64,000 bases of DNA from Longimicrobiales bacterium (GCA_965249725.1 OZ252251.1:672001-736000), one strand, 5' to 3'. Shown: positions 9,622 through 20,739, numbered from the stretch's first letter. Program-made: numbers and translations. The notes: a model not told the origin generated them from the letters alone.

Positions 9622-10836
9622 ATGACCACGCGCAGATCCTTTCTCCATGGTGCCGCGGTACTCCCGTTGGGCACGTTACTTCCCGGTGTCGAAGACTCCG
9701 CTCTTGGACACGCTTCCGGACAGGCCCCGCGAGACTACTTCGCCGAACTCGAGCTCGGCTCGTTCATCAACGCGGCGGCTCCTTACTCGTCCCTCTCCGG
9801 CTCACCGATGTGGCCCGAGGTCATCGAGGCGATGGAGTATGCCATGACCCGCCCGGCCCGAATGAGTGAACTGCACGATGCCGTCGGCAAACGGATCGCG
9901 GAAATGGCGAGGAGTGAGGCGGCGATGGTGACGGCGGGCGCGACCTCGGCGATCACTCTCGGGACCGCCGCCTGCCTAACGGGCACCGATCCGGACCTCA
10001 TCCATCGGCTCCCCGACACGACCGGCATGAAGGACGAAGTGATCATCCAGAAAGGCCATCGCTACAGCTACGAGCACGCGGTCCGCAACTGCGGCGTCCG
10101 CCTCGTCGAGGTGGAGACGATGGCCGACGTGGACAGAACGATCAGCGAGAGCACGGCGATGCTCATGTTCAACTACAGCCAGTTGGATCGTGGAGGAATC
10201 GGTGCCGCAGAGTGGGTGGAGGTCGGCCGGAAGAGCGGGATTCCGACGTTCTGTGACGGGGCCACGATGCTGCCCCCCATCGAGAACATGTACATGCTCG
10301 TGAGCTACGGATTCGATCTGCTGTGCTTCTCCGGCGGGAAGGGGCTGCGCGGTCCATATAGCGCCGGACTCCTGATGGGCCGGCCCGATCTAGTGGCAGC
10401 GGCACGCCTCAACTCGGCCCCAAATGACGATGCCATCGGGAGGGGCATGAAGGTGGCCAAGGAGGAGCTCCTGGGGACCATGGTGGCCGTGGAGACCACC
10501 GCCGCCTTCGACTACGAGACCAACATCAAGATGAAGAGGGAGTGGGTCGACGCCATCGCCGCCGAGATCGACAAGGTCCCGGGAGTTGAGACCCTGGTCT
10601 ATTACCCCAAGGGGGACAACCATCAGCCACAACTCCGGATCACCTGGGATGAATCGAGAATCCGACTCACTCCGGCCGAGGCGAAGCAGAGGCTCCGGGA
10701 TGGCAACCCGGTGGTAGAGGTGCACTATCTGGGCCTGACGGACGGTAACCTGGAGCTCACGGCCTGGGTGCTCGAGGCCGACCAGGTCGCGGTCGTGGGT
10801 CGGCGGGTCCGCGAGGTGCTCGAGGCGGCGTCGTGA
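9622..10836 (+). CDS. Tat-exported PLP enzyme of the SelA-like/DgaE family
   Basis: MTTRRSFLHG Tat signal, FINAA, FSGGKGLRGP (PLP Lys), IGRGMKVAKEE. Confidence 0.8.
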   Translation: MTTRRSFLHGAAVLPLGTLLPGVEDSALGHASGQAPRDYFAELELGSFINAAAPYSSLSGSPMWPEVIEAMEYAMTRPARMSELHDAVGKRIAEMARSEAAMVTAGATSAITLGTAACLTGTDPDLIHRLPDTTGMKDEVIIQKGHRYSYEHAVRNCGVRLVEVETMADVDRTISESTAMLMFNYSQLDRGGIGAAEWVEVGRKSGIPTFCDGATMLPPIENMYMLVSYGFDLLCFSGGKGLRGPYSAGLLMGRPDLVAAARLNSAPNDDAIGRGMKVAKEELLGTMVAVETTAAFDYETNIKMKREWVDAIAAEIDKVPGVETLVYYPKGDNHQPQLRITWDESRIRLTPAEAKQRLRDGNPVVEVHYLGLTDGNLELTAWVLEADQVAVVGRRVREVLEAAS

Positions 10837-10959
10837 CTCGTCCCCACGAAGGCCTTTCCTATAGCGGGGCCAGGACCCGCTTACTACGTTGCTCGTCCGC
10901 CTCAATCGCTCGTATCAGTCGACACCGTACGATTGCCACACATGCGGGAGGAACCGCTC

Positions 10960-12306
10960 ATGTCGTACCCCCGAACCACCATCCTGGGCGCCGTTGCGGC
11001 CTTGGTTGCCTTCGCCGTCTTCGCCCCTACGCCCTCTGAGGCGCAGTGGAATGCGCTGGAGCGCGGAAGCGACAACATCGAAGTCCTCGGACATCTGCCC
11101 CTCGGCCCCGCGCTCAACGTCGCCGATATGGACGTCGAGCAGGAGCTGTCCCGTCCCTACGCCTACGTGGCTCGCATGGTCTACGCAGGCCAGGGGGTCA
11201 TGGGCATGGACGTCATCAGCATTGAAGATCCGTCGCAACCCGAGCTGCTCTACGAGTGGCGCATCGAGGAGCAGGACCTGCACCTCGGTCGAGGCGGCAT
11301 GGACGTCAAGCACTTCAAGTGGAATGATCGCTACTACGTGATCCAGTCCACCCAATTCGGGCAGGGTGGCCCGGATTCGGACATGGGCGGCGTCGTTCTC
11401 GACGTGACCGGTCTACCCGATGCATCGACGGTTCGTGAGGTCGCGCGAATCAGAGAGCCTCTCATGCCGGGTGGCTTCCACAACATCTTCGTCTACAAGC
11501 ACTCCGACGGGCGGGTGTTGTTGTTCGCAACAGTTTCAGGCGCCTTCGCGCAGGTTTACGACCTGGGCAAGCTGGTTGAAGGCGCCTCGTCCGAAGAGGC
11601 ACGCGCCGGCCGGGTCCCCAACCCCAGCTCGGACGAAGGAGGTGGACGGGGATATCACGACTTCTACGTCGGCTACCATCCAGACACCGATCAGGATCGG
11701 TTCTACGGCGGTGGCGGTGGTGGGTACTACATCTACAACGTCAGCGACCTTGAGGAGCCCGAGCTGGTGGTCACGCTCACGGGCGTCAGCGGTGTCGGTG
11801 GCGGCCACACGTTCACGCCTGGCCCGAACGGTCGCTACGTGGTGGCGGAGACGGAGTACGAGTTCGCACCGCTCAGAATCTTCGACCTGGAGCCTGCCCT
11901 GGAAGGGGAGGCCACGAACATCCGCCGACCCATCTCGGGTTGGACGGCCGACTACAAAAACTTGACCCACAATCACGAGATCCGGTGGCCGTTGGTCTTC
12001 GTGTCCGGCTATCTGGATGGTCTCCAGGTGTTCAGCCTCCAGGATCCGTACAATCCGGTCACGGTGGGCTACTACGACACCTACATCGGTCCGCGGTCCA
12101 CCGAGACCACCCCCGTATTCAACGGCGCATTCGGAATCGACGTCCGGAATGCGGACGGGCTGATCACGATCAGCGACATGAGCACCGGATTCTGGACGTT
12201 CCGCATGGATGGCTTCCAGGGCTGGAACGGAGCGCAGTGGGGCGTGCCGGACATCTCCAGCGCTCAGAAGTGGGATGAGCCCCTGAGGCGTCCCATCAGC
12301 CAGTAG
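10960..12306 (+). CDS. Secreted LVIVD-repeat beta-propeller, array copy 1
   Basis: RBS GAGG, signal peptide, FHNIF/YHDFY/GHTFT/HNHE motifs, C-terminal KWDEPLRRPIS. Confidence 0.85.
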   Translation: MSYPRTTILGAVAALVAFAVFAPTPSEAQWNALERGSDNIEVLGHLPLGPALNVADMDVEQELSRPYAYVARMVYAGQGVMGMDVISIEDPSQPELLYEWRIEEQDLHLGRGGMDVKHFKWNDRYYVIQSTQFGQGGPDSDMGGVVLDVTGLPDASTVREVARIREPLMPGGFHNIFVYKHSDGRVLLFATVSGAFAQVYDLGKLVEGASSEEARAGRVPNPSSDEGGGRGYHDFYVGYHPDTDQDRFYGGGGGGYYIYNVSDLEEPELVVTLTGVSGVGGGHTFTPGPNGRYVVAETEYEFAPLRIFDLEPALEGEATNIRRPISGWTADYKNLTHNHEIRWPLVFVSGYLDGLQVFSLQDPYNPVTVGYYDTYIGPRSTETTPVFNGAFGIDVRNADGLITISDMSTGFWTFRMDGFQGWNGAQWGVPDISSAQKWDEPLRRPISQ

Positions 12307-12357
12307 CGATAGCTGCAGGCCGCGTAACACCGCCGACCCTCTCCACGGAGTTGATGC

Positions 12358-13791
12358 ATGTCTGTTTCAGGTGGCCTCTCAGGTGTTCGCGTAGTCGGAC
12401 GCGGCCTTCGCCTTGCCGTTCACCTTGCGTGTACGCTGGCATGTACGCTGGCATGTGTGATGACAGTGCTCGGGACGCCCCGTGCCTCCGCGCAGGAGTG
12501 GACCGCCCTCGATCGGGGCAGTGAAAACATCGACGTGCTGGGCCACCTGCCGTTGGGCGGCCCGCTCAACGTGGGCGACATGGACGTGGAGCCGGAGGTT
12601 TCCCGCCCCTTCGCGTACGTCGGCCGCATGCGCTACGGCACGCCGGGACCCACGGGCATGGACATCATCAGCATCGAGGACCCGGACCGGCCCACGCTCC
12701 TCTACGAGTGGCGCATCGAGGATCAGGAGCTGCACACGGGACTCGGAGGCATGGACGTGAAGACGTTCAAGCTCGACGGGCGCTACTACGTGGTGCAGTC
12801 CCTTCAGTACGGCCAGGGCGGACCGGACTTCGACCTCGGTGCCGTGGTCTTCGACGTCACGGGTCTCCCCGACGCGTCGACCGTTCGTGAGGTGGCGCGG
12901 ATCCGTGAGCCGCTCCTACCTGGGGGCTTCCACAACATCTTCATCTACAAGCACTCCGACGGTCGGGCGCTCCTGTTCACGACGGTGAACGGCCCATCGG
13001 CGCACATCTACGACCTTGCGCGTGTCGTCGCGGGCGCCAGCGCGGAGGATGCACTAGTGGGTCGTGTGCCGATCCCGGATGCCGGCGGCGAGACCAGTCC
13101 CATCGGCGGCTATCACGACTTTTACGTCGGGTATCATCCCGATACGGACGAGGATCGCTTCTACGGTGGAGGTGCAGGCGGATACTTCATCTACGACGTG
13201 ACTGATCCGGCAGAGCCGGAGCTTCGGATCACGCTTACCGGCATTCGGGGCGTGCCGTTTGGGCACACCTTCACGCCCAGCCCGGACGGTCGCTACGTGA
13301 TCGCCGAGACAGAGTACGAGTTCGCTCCGCTGCGCATCTTCGATCTGCAGCCCGCCCTCGATGGCCAGACGACCAACATCAACCGCCCGATCGCAGGGTG
13401 GACGTCGGATTACCGGTATGTGGCCCACAACCACGAGGTTCGGTGGCCGTTGGTTTTTGTGTCCGGATACCTGGACGGCCTGCAGGTCTTCAACCTGCAG
13501 GACCCGACCGACCCGGTGACGGTGGGCTACTACGACACGTATATCGGGCCGCGAGCCACACTGAATCCAGACGGGGTCATGGGCGACTATGCCACCAGCC
13601 TTTTCAATGGGGCCTTCGGAGTGGATGTGCGGAACGAAGACGGCCTGATCCTGATCAGCGACTTCTCGACCGGCTTCTGGACGCTCCGCATGGACGGCTT
13701 CCAGGGCTGGAACGGAGAGCAGTGGGGCGTGCCGGATATCTCGAGCGAACAGAAATGGGACGAGCCGGTACGGCGGCCCATAAGCGAATAG
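12358..13791 (+). CDS. Secreted LVIVD-repeat beta-propeller, array copy 2
   Basis: Paralogue of copy 1 over its full length. Confidence 0.85.
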   Translation: MSVSGGLSGVRVVGRGLRLAVHLACTLACTLACVMTVLGTPRASAQEWTALDRGSENIDVLGHLPLGGPLNVGDMDVEPEVSRPFAYVGRMRYGTPGPTGMDIISIEDPDRPTLLYEWRIEDQELHTGLGGMDVKTFKLDGRYYVVQSLQYGQGGPDFDLGAVVFDVTGLPDASTVREVARIREPLLPGGFHNIFIYKHSDGRALLFTTVNGPSAHIYDLARVVAGASAEDALVGRVPIPDAGGETSPIGGYHDFYVGYHPDTDEDRFYGGGAGGYFIYDVTDPAEPELRITLTGIRGVPFGHTFTPSPDGRYVIAETEYEFAPLRIFDLQPALDGQTTNINRPIAGWTSDYRYVAHNHEVRWPLVFVSGYLDGLQVFNLQDPTDPVTVGYYDTYIGPRATLNPDGVMGDYATSLFNGAFGVDVRNEDGLILISDFSTGFWTLRMDGFQGWNGEQWGVPDISSEQKWDEPVRRPISE

Positions 13792-13819
13792 AATCTCAAC
13801 CCTAGCGGGAGCAGTAGAT

Positions 13820-15163
13820 ATGTCATCGTTCCGGTCCTGTGTAGTCGGCCTGGCCACGCTCGCCCTGATGGCGATCGTCGTGCCGGGGGCTTCGGCCCAG
13901 TGGACGGCCCTCAAGCGTGGTAGCGACAACATCGAGGTCGTCGCGCACCTCCCCCTCGGAGGTCGCGTCAGCGCAGCGGACACGGACATCGAGCAGGAGC
14001 TTGACAGGCCCTACGCCTACGTGGGGCGGATCTCTAACGGCGGCGGCGGCAAGGGCGTTGACGTCATTGATCTGTCAGACCCAGCGCACCCGGAGGTTCT
14101 CTACGAGTGGCGGATCGAAGATCCGGAGCTGCACCTCGGGTTGGGTGGCATGGACGTGAAGTACTTCAAGGTGGACGGCCGCTACTACGTGGTGCAGTCA
14201 CTCCAGTTCGGCCAGGGTGGTCCCGACTCCGACCTGGCTGCGGTGGTACTCGACGTGACTGATCTGCCCGATCCGTCCACGGTGCGTGAGGTGGCACGGA
14301 TGAGGGAGCCGCTTCTGCCGGGCGGCTTCCACAACATCTTCGTCTACAAGCACTCCGACGGGCGGGTGTTGTTGTTCTCCACGGTCAGCGGGCCCTTCGC
14401 CAACGTGTACGACCTGGGCATGATCGTGCAGGGCGCGGACATGGAGAGCGCGCTGGCGGGCCGGGTGCCCGTGCCGCAGGCCGCCCAAGGTGGCCAAGCG
14501 GGTGGGGGTTACCACGACTTCTACGTGGGCTATCACCCCGACACGGACGAGGATCGCTTCTACGGGGGCGGCACCGGAGGGTATTACGTCTACGACGTCA
14601 CCGACACGGAGGACCCCCAGCTCCGGATCAGCCTCACCGGTGCCCGAGGTGTAGCGCGGGGACACACCTTCACGCCCAGCCCTGACGGGCGATATGTGGT
14701 AGCCGAGACGGAGTATCAGTTCGCGCCGCTCCGTATCTTCGATCTGAAGCCCGCGCTCGACGGTGAGGTGACCAATATCAACCGGCCCATTGCGGGGTGG
14801 ACGGCCGACTTCAACAACCTCTCCCACAATCACGAAGTTCGCTGGCCGTTCGTGATCGTGTCGAGCTACCTGGACGGGATCCAGATCTTCAACCTGCAGG
14901 ACCCCACCAATCCGGTCACGGTGGGCTACTACGACACCTACATCGGGCCGCGCTTCACGGAGGATCTCAACCCGATCCTCAATGGCACGTTCGGCGTGGG
15001 CGTGCGCAACGCGGACGGGCTCATCATCGGGAGCGACTCCAGCACCGGATTCTGGGTCCTACGCATGGACGGCTTCCAGGGGTGGAACGGCGAGCAGTGG
15101 GGCATGCCGGACATCTCGAGCGCGCAGAAATGGGATGAGCCGGTCCGGAGGCCGATCAGCTGA
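13820..15163 (+). CDS. Secreted LVIVD-repeat beta-propeller, array copy 3
   Basis: Paralogue; same motifs. Confidence 0.85.
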   Translation: MSSFRSCVVGLATLALMAIVVPGASAQWTALKRGSDNIEVVAHLPLGGRVSAADTDIEQELDRPYAYVGRISNGGGGKGVDVIDLSDPAHPEVLYEWRIEDPELHLGLGGMDVKYFKVDGRYYVVQSLQFGQGGPDSDLAAVVLDVTDLPDPSTVREVARMREPLLPGGFHNIFVYKHSDGRVLLFSTVSGPFANVYDLGMIVQGADMESALAGRVPVPQAAQGGQAGGGYHDFYVGYHPDTDEDRFYGGGTGGYYVYDVTDTEDPQLRISLTGARGVARGHTFTPSPDGRYVVAETEYQFAPLRIFDLKPALDGEVTNINRPIAGWTADFNNLSHNHEVRWPFVIVSSYLDGIQIFNLQDPTNPVTVGYYDTYIGPRFTEDLNPILNGTFGVGVRNADGLIIGSDSSTGFWVLRMDGFQGWNGEQWGMPDISSAQKWDEPVRRPIS

Positions 15164-15180
15164 CTAACGGAGGATTACCG

Positions 15181-16518
15181 ATGTTGTTCAGAACACGCGC
15201 AGTCGCCGTATTCGCGGCGGCCGCCGCTGTCCTCATGGTCGCGGTCGGGTCCGCGTCGGCTCAGTGGACGCCACTGAAGCGAGGAAGCGACAACATCGAC
15301 GTGCTGGGGCATCTGCCGCTCGGAGGGCTGCACAGCGCCACCGACACCGACATTGAGCAGGAGCTCTCGAGACCCTACGCGTATGTCGGACGGAGCGTCA
15401 TCGGGCGGGGCGAGGGCCGGGGTGTCGATATCATCGACCTCTCCGACCCGGAGCGGCCGGGGCTGCTCTACTCGTGGCGGATAGAGGACGACGACGTCCA
15501 CATCGGGAGCGGCGGCATGGACGTGAAGCACTTCAAGGTCGATGGCCGCTACTACGTGGTGCAGTCACTCCAGTTCAGTCAGGGCGGGCCCGACGCGGAT
15601 ATGGGCGCGGTGGTGCTCGACGTGACAGGGCTGCCGGATCCATCGACCGTTCGCGAGGTAGCCCGGATCCGTGAACCCCTCCTGCCGGGCGGGTTCCACA
15701 ACATCTTCGTCTACCAGCACTCGGATGGGAGAGTGCTCCTTTTCACCACGGTGCGCGGGCCCAGCGCACACGTGTACGACCTTCGGAAGGTGGTGAACGG
15801 AGCCAGCGCGGAAGAGGCCCTTGCCGGGCGCGTGCCGGTTCCCGTGACCGGAGACACGCCGGGTAGTTATCACGACTTCTACGTGGGCTACCATCCCGAC
15901 ACGGATCAGGATCGCTTCTACGGCGGGGGCACGGGCGGCTACTACGTCTATAACGTCACCGACCCCGCTGACCCCGAGCTCGTCATAACGCTCACGGGGG
16001 TCCGAGGCGTTTCGTACGGGCACACGTTCACTCCCAGCCCTGACGGCCGCTACGCGGTGGCCGAGACGGAGTACCAGTTCGCCCCCCTCCGAATCTTCGA
16101 CCTGCAGCCGGCCCTGGACGGAGAGGCCGCCAATATCAACCGCCCGATCGCGGGCTGGACGGCCGACTACCGGAACCTGGTGCACAACCACGAGGTGCGC
16201 TGGCCGCTGGTGTTCGTATCCGGATACTTGGATGGCCTTCAGATCTTCAATCTGCAGGACCCCACGAATCCGGTGACCGTGGGCTACTACGACACCTATA
16301 TCGGGCCGCCGAGCCCGGTGCTGAACCCCGTATTCGGTGGGACCTTCGGCGTGGACGTGAGGAACGCGGACGGGCTCATCATCGTCAACGACTCGGGCAC
16401 GGGCTTCTGGACCTTCCGGATGGAAGGCTTCCAGGGATGGAACGGCGAGCAGTGGGGCATGCCGGACATCTCCAGTGCGCAGAAGTGGGACGAGCCGGTG
16501 CGGAGGCCCATAAGCTAA
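15181..16518 (+). CDS. Secreted LVIVD-repeat beta-propeller, array copy 4
   Basis: Paralogue; GGAGG RBS. Confidence 0.85.
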   Translation: MLFRTRAVAVFAAAAAVLMVAVGSASAQWTPLKRGSDNIDVLGHLPLGGLHSATDTDIEQELSRPYAYVGRSVIGRGEGRGVDIIDLSDPERPGLLYSWRIEDDDVHIGSGGMDVKHFKVDGRYYVVQSLQFSQGGPDADMGAVVLDVTGLPDPSTVREVARIREPLLPGGFHNIFVYQHSDGRVLLFTTVRGPSAHVYDLRKVVNGASAEEALAGRVPVPVTGDTPGSYHDFYVGYHPDTDQDRFYGGGTGGYYVYNVTDPADPELVITLTGVRGVSYGHTFTPSPDGRYAVAETEYQFAPLRIFDLQPALDGEAANINRPIAGWTADYRNLVHNHEVRWPLVFVSGYLDGLQIFNLQDPTNPVTVGYYDTYIGPPSPVLNPVFGGTFGVDVRNADGLIIVNDSGTGFWTFRMEGFQGWNGEQWGMPDISSAQKWDEPVRRPIS

Positions 16519-16616
16519 CGTGGCGCGGTTTTTTTTCGTCCCCTAGCTTGTCGAGCACGCAGAATCGATCCGTGCCGGACCGCACGGCGCTCAATCCATA
16601 GCAGGAGCACTCTCCA

Positions 16617-17957
16617 ATGCCACGCCCACGAACCGCCGTTCTCTGTGCCGTCGTTCTGGCGCTTCTCACACTACTGCCGGTCTCCGCGGTCGCCCAGGCG
16701 ACTGCACTGAATCGCGGAAGCGACAACATCGATGTTCTCGGGCACTTGCCGCTGGGCCCCGCCCTGAGCGTGTTGGACATGGATGTGGAGCAGGAGTTGT
16801 CCAGGCCGTATGCCTACGTGGCACGTGGTCGACTCGGGCCGGCTGGGCCGCGCGGGATGGACATCATCAGCATCGAGGATCCTGACCGCCCCGAGCTCCT
16901 GCACGAGTGGCGGATCGAGGATCAGGACCTGCATGTCGGGCCGGGTGGCATGGACGTGAAGTACTTCAAGGTGAACGGCCGTTACTACGTCGTGCAGTCG
17001 GTCCAGTTCGGGCAGGGAGGGCCGAACGCCGATGTCGGTGCCGTGGTTTTGGACGTGACGGGTCTCCCGGATCCGTCCACCGTGCGTGAGGTGGCCCGTA
17101 TCAGTGAGCCCCTCTCGCCTGGTGGCTTCCACAACATCTTCGTCTACAAGCACTCCGATGGTCGTGTGCTGCTTTTCGCGACGATCAACGGCCCGTATGC
17201 CCACATGTACGATCTGGGGATGGTCGTGTCAGGGGCCACTTCCGAGCAGGCGTTGGCCGGCAAGGTGCCCATCGCGAACGACGGCAATACGCCGGTCATC
17301 GTGGGCTACCACGACTTCTACGTCGGGTATCATCCGGACACGGATGAGGACCGCTTCTACGGTGGTGGTGGCGGTGGCTACTACGTCTACGACGTGAGCG
17401 ACCCGTCGTCGCCCGAGCTCCGCATCACGTTGACGGGAATCAGCGGAGTACCGTTCGGTCACACCTTCACCCCGAGCCCCGATGGACGGTATGTCGTTGC
17501 CGAGACGGAGTACGGCTTCGCGCCGCTCAGGTTCTTCGATCTGAAGCCGGCGCTGGACGGCGAGACCATGAACATTCGCCGGCCCATCTCGGGCTGGACA
17601 CCGAACTACAAGAACGTGGTCCACAACCACGAGGTGCGCTGGCCTTGGCTGTTCGTCTCGGGCTATCACGAGGGGCTACAGGTCGTGAACCTGCAGGACC
17701 CCACGGATCCGCAGACCGTGGGCTACTACGACACCTACATCGGACCCCACACCGAAGTGATCAACCCGATCTTCAATGGTGCGTTCGGGATCGACGTGCG
17801 GAACGAGGACGGCCTGATCCTGATCAGTGACATGAGCACCGGGTTCTGGACCTTCCGCATGGATGGATTCCAGGGTTGGAACGGTGAGCAGTGGGGCCAG
17901 CCGGATATCTCCAGTGTGCAGAAATGGGATGAGCCGGTGCGCAGGCCCATCAGCTAG
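16617..17957 (+). CDS. Secreted LVIVD-repeat beta-propeller, array copy 5
   Basis: Paralogue; AGGAG RBS. Confidence 0.85.
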   Translation: MPRPRTAVLCAVVLALLTLLPVSAVAQATALNRGSDNIDVLGHLPLGPALSVLDMDVEQELSRPYAYVARGRLGPAGPRGMDIISIEDPDRPELLHEWRIEDQDLHVGPGGMDVKYFKVNGRYYVVQSVQFGQGGPNADVGAVVLDVTGLPDPSTVREVARISEPLSPGGFHNIFVYKHSDGRVLLFATINGPYAHMYDLGMVVSGATSEQALAGKVPIANDGNTPVIVGYHDFYVGYHPDTDEDRFYGGGGGGYYVYDVSDPSSPELRITLTGISGVPFGHTFTPSPDGRYVVAETEYGFAPLRFFDLKPALDGETMNIRRPISGWTPNYKNVVHNHEVRWPWLFVSGYHEGLQVVNLQDPTDPQTVGYYDTYIGPHTEVINPIFNGAFGIDVRNEDGLILISDMSTGFWTFRMDGFQGWNGEQWGQPDISSVQKWDEPVRRPIS

Positions 17958-17994
17958 GAACAGAGTGTTGTCCATTCCAAAAGGAGGACCGTCC

Positions 17995-19329
17995 ATGTCG
18001 AACCGTCATCCACGCTATGCGGCCGCGGTTTCGACCGTATTCGCACTTCTCGTGCTCGTTGCAGCTCCCGTGTCCGGGCAGTGGACCGCCCTCAACCGGG
18101 GGAGCGACAACATGGAGGTGTTGGGACACCTCCCCCTGGGCCCCTTCCTGAACGTGTCGGACATGGACCTGGAGCAAGAGCTGTCTCGTCCCTACGCGTA
18201 TGTCTCCCGCATGGTATGGGGAGAGGGCGGTGCCAAGGGCATGGACATCGTCAGCCTCGAGGACCCTTCGCATCCCGAACTCATCTACGAGTGGCGGATC
18301 GAAGAACAGGATCTACACGTAGGGACCGGCGGCATGGACGTGAAGTACTTCAAGATTGCCGATCGTTACTACGTGGTGCAGTCGTTTCAATTCGGTCAGG
18401 GCGGTCCCGATTCGGACATGGGTGCGGTGGTCTTGGACGTGACGGGTCTCCCGGATCCATCAGCGGTTCGGGAGGTGGCCCGCATCCGAGAGCCGCTCCT
18501 GCCGGGTGGCTTCCACAACATCTTCGTCTATAAGCACTCCGACGGCCGGGTGCTGCTGTTCACGACCGTTTCCGGGCCCTACTCCCACGTCTACGATCTT
18601 GAGCGTGTGGTCGCCGGCGACATGGAAAATGCGCTGGTGGGTCGTGTGCCCGGTCCCGACCGCGAAGGTGGCGGTTCGGCCTATCACGACATCTACGTGG
18701 GCTACCATCCGGACACCGACCAGGACCGGTTCTACGGGGGCGGGACAGGTGGTTACTACATCTATGACGTCACGGACGTCGAGGCCCCCTCACTCGAAAT
18801 CAGTTTGACGGGGATCAGCGGGGTGGGCCGTGGTCACACGTTCACGCCGAGTCCCGACGGGCGCTACGCTGTGGCCGAGGTCGAGTACCAGTTCGCTCCC
18901 CTTCGGATCTTCGATCTACAGCCGGCCTTGGACGGTGAGACCACGAACATCCGTCGCCCCATCGCGGGCTGGACGGCGGACTACCAGAACCTGGTGCACA
19001 ATCACGAGGTTCGGTGGCCTTATGTGTTCGCTTCGTCGTACCTGGACGGACTCACGGTCTTCAACCTCCAGGATCCGTCCAATCCGGTGACGGTCGGCTA
19101 TTACGACACATATCTCGGAAAGCCGGGGCCCCGAAGCACCATTGTGGGTGGGGCGTTCGGCGTGGACATCCGCAATGAGGACGGCCTGATCGTCGTGAGC
19201 GACATGAACACGGGCCTGTGGACCTTCCGCATGGACGGTTTCCAGGGGTGGAGCGGCGACCAGTGGGGCGTGCCGGACATCTCGAGCGCCCAGAAGTGGG
19301 ACGAACCTCTGCGCAGACCGATCAGCTAA
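17995..19329 (+). CDS. Secreted LVIVD-repeat beta-propeller, array copy 6
   Basis: Paralogue; AAGGAGG RBS before ATG 17995. Confidence 0.85.
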   Translation: MSNRHPRYAAAVSTVFALLVLVAAPVSGQWTALNRGSDNMEVLGHLPLGPFLNVSDMDLEQELSRPYAYVSRMVWGEGGAKGMDIVSLEDPSHPELIYEWRIEEQDLHVGTGGMDVKYFKIADRYYVVQSFQFGQGGPDSDMGAVVLDVTGLPDPSAVREVARIREPLLPGGFHNIFVYKHSDGRVLLFTTVSGPYSHVYDLERVVAGDMENALVGRVPGPDREGGGSAYHDIYVGYHPDTDQDRFYGGGTGGYYIYDVTDVEAPSLEISLTGISGVGRGHTFTPSPDGRYAVAEVEYQFAPLRIFDLQPALDGETTNIRRPIAGWTADYQNLVHNHEVRWPYVFASSYLDGLTVFNLQDPSNPVTVGYYDTYLGKPGPRSTIVGGAFGVDIRNEDGLIVVSDMNTGLWTFRMDGFQGWSGDQWGVPDISSAQKWDEPLRRPIS

Positions 19330-19401
19330 CCATCACCCCATAGACATGCCCTCAACCCACTAGACATGCACGAATTCAACCTTCAGCGGGAGAAGCACTC
19401 A

Positions 19402-20739
19402 ATGTCGTTTTCCAGGTCGGCCGTTCTGAGCACGGCCCTCATCTTCGCCCTGATGGCCTGGGCGGCTCCCGCCTCGGCGCAGTGGACAGCCATGAACCGC
19501 GGCAGCGAGAACATCGAGGTGCTGGGGCACCTGCCTCTCGGTGCCCACCTGAACGTGTCCGACATGGATGTCGAGCAGGAGCTGTCTCGCCCGTACGCCT
19601 ATGTGTCCCGCATGGTCTGGGGACCCACGGGCACCAAGGGCATGGACATCGTCAGCATCGAAGACCCAGCCAACCCGGAGCGCATCTACGAATATCGGAT
19701 CGACGATCCGGACCTCCATCTCGGTACGGGGGGCATGGACGTGAAGCACTTCAAAATCGGCGACCGCTACTACGTGTTGCAGTCGTTCCAGTTCGGGCAA
19801 GGTGGTCCGGATTCCGAGCTGGGTGGGGTCGTGCTCGACGTGACGGGTCTCCCGGACGTATCGACCGTGCGTGAGGTAGGCGAGATCCGCGAGCCCCTGA
19901 TGCCCGGCGGCTTCCACAACATTTTCGTCTACAAGCACTCCGACGGTCGCGTCCTACTTTTCACGACCGTTAATGGACCCTACGCCCACATCTACGATCT
20001 GGCCGAGGTCGTGGATGGAGCCGACGCTGAAGACGCACTCGTGGGCCGCGTGCCAGTCGGTGCGGCCGAGGGTACCGGCGGAGGCTACCATGACATATAC
20101 GTTGCGTACCACCCCGACAGCGATCAGGACCGCTTCTACGGTGGCGGGACCGGTGGGTACTTCGTCTACGACGTGTCGGATCCCAGCAGCCCCTCGTTGG
20201 AGATCACCCTGGTGGGGATCCGTGGCATCACATACGGACACACCTTCACGCCGAGCCCCGATGGTCGGTACGCGGTAGCCGAGGTCGAGTATCGGTATGC
20301 GCCTCTGAGGATCTTCGACCTCAAGCCGGCGTTGGACGGTGAAACCACCAACATCAACCGGCCCGTATCGGGTTGGACCGCCGACTACCAGAACCTGGTG
20401 CACAACCACGAGGTGCGGTGGCCTCTCGTGTTCGCTTCGTCGTACCTCGACGGGCTGACCATCTTCAACCTCCAGGATCCGTCGAATCCGCAGACGGTGG
20501 GCTACTACGACACCTACATCGGCAAGCGCACACAGGATCGGTGCCCGGAGTGCAATGGCGCGTTCGGGGTCGACGTCCGGAATGCGGACGGTCTGATCCT
20601 CATCAGCGACATGAGCACGGGGCTTTGGACGTTCAAGATGGAGGGCTTCAACGGCTGGAATGGTGAGCAGTGGGGCATGCCCGACATCTCCAGCGCCCAG
20701 AAGTGGGACGAGCCGGTGCGCAGGCCCATTAGCCAGTAG
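19402..20739 (+). CDS. Secreted LVIVD-repeat beta-propeller, array copy 7 (CPEC loop)
   Basis: Paralogue; start ATG 19402. Confidence 0.85.
   Translation: MSFSRSAVLSTALIFALMAWAAPASAQWTAMNRGSENIEVLGHLPLGAHLNVSDMDVEQELSRPYAYVSRMVWGPTGTKGMDIVSIEDPANPERIYEYRIDDPDLHLGTGGMDVKHFKIGDRYYVLQSFQFGQGGPDSELGGVVLDVTGLPDVSTVREVGEIREPLMPGGFHNIFVYKHSDGRVLLFTTVNGPYAHIYDLAEVVDGADAEDALVGRVPVGAAEGTGGGYHDIYVAYHPDSDQDRFYGGGTGGYFVYDVSDPSSPSLEITLVGIRGITYGHTFTPSPDGRYAVAEVEYRYAPLRIFDLKPALDGETTNINRPVSGWTADYQNLVHNHEVRWPLVFASSYLDGLTIFNLQDPSNPQTVGYYDTYIGKRTQDRCPECNGAFGVDVRNADGLILISDMSTGLWTFKMEGFNGWNGEQWGMPDISSAQKWDEPVRRPISQ

Noticed and set aside
9622..10836. Canonical selA serving the Sec peroxiredoxin
   Set aside because: It has a Tat signal and DgaE-like motifs; no selB or selC seen nearby
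16519..16540. Intrinsic terminator after array copy 4 (T8 run)
   Set aside because: No convincing stem precedes the T tract
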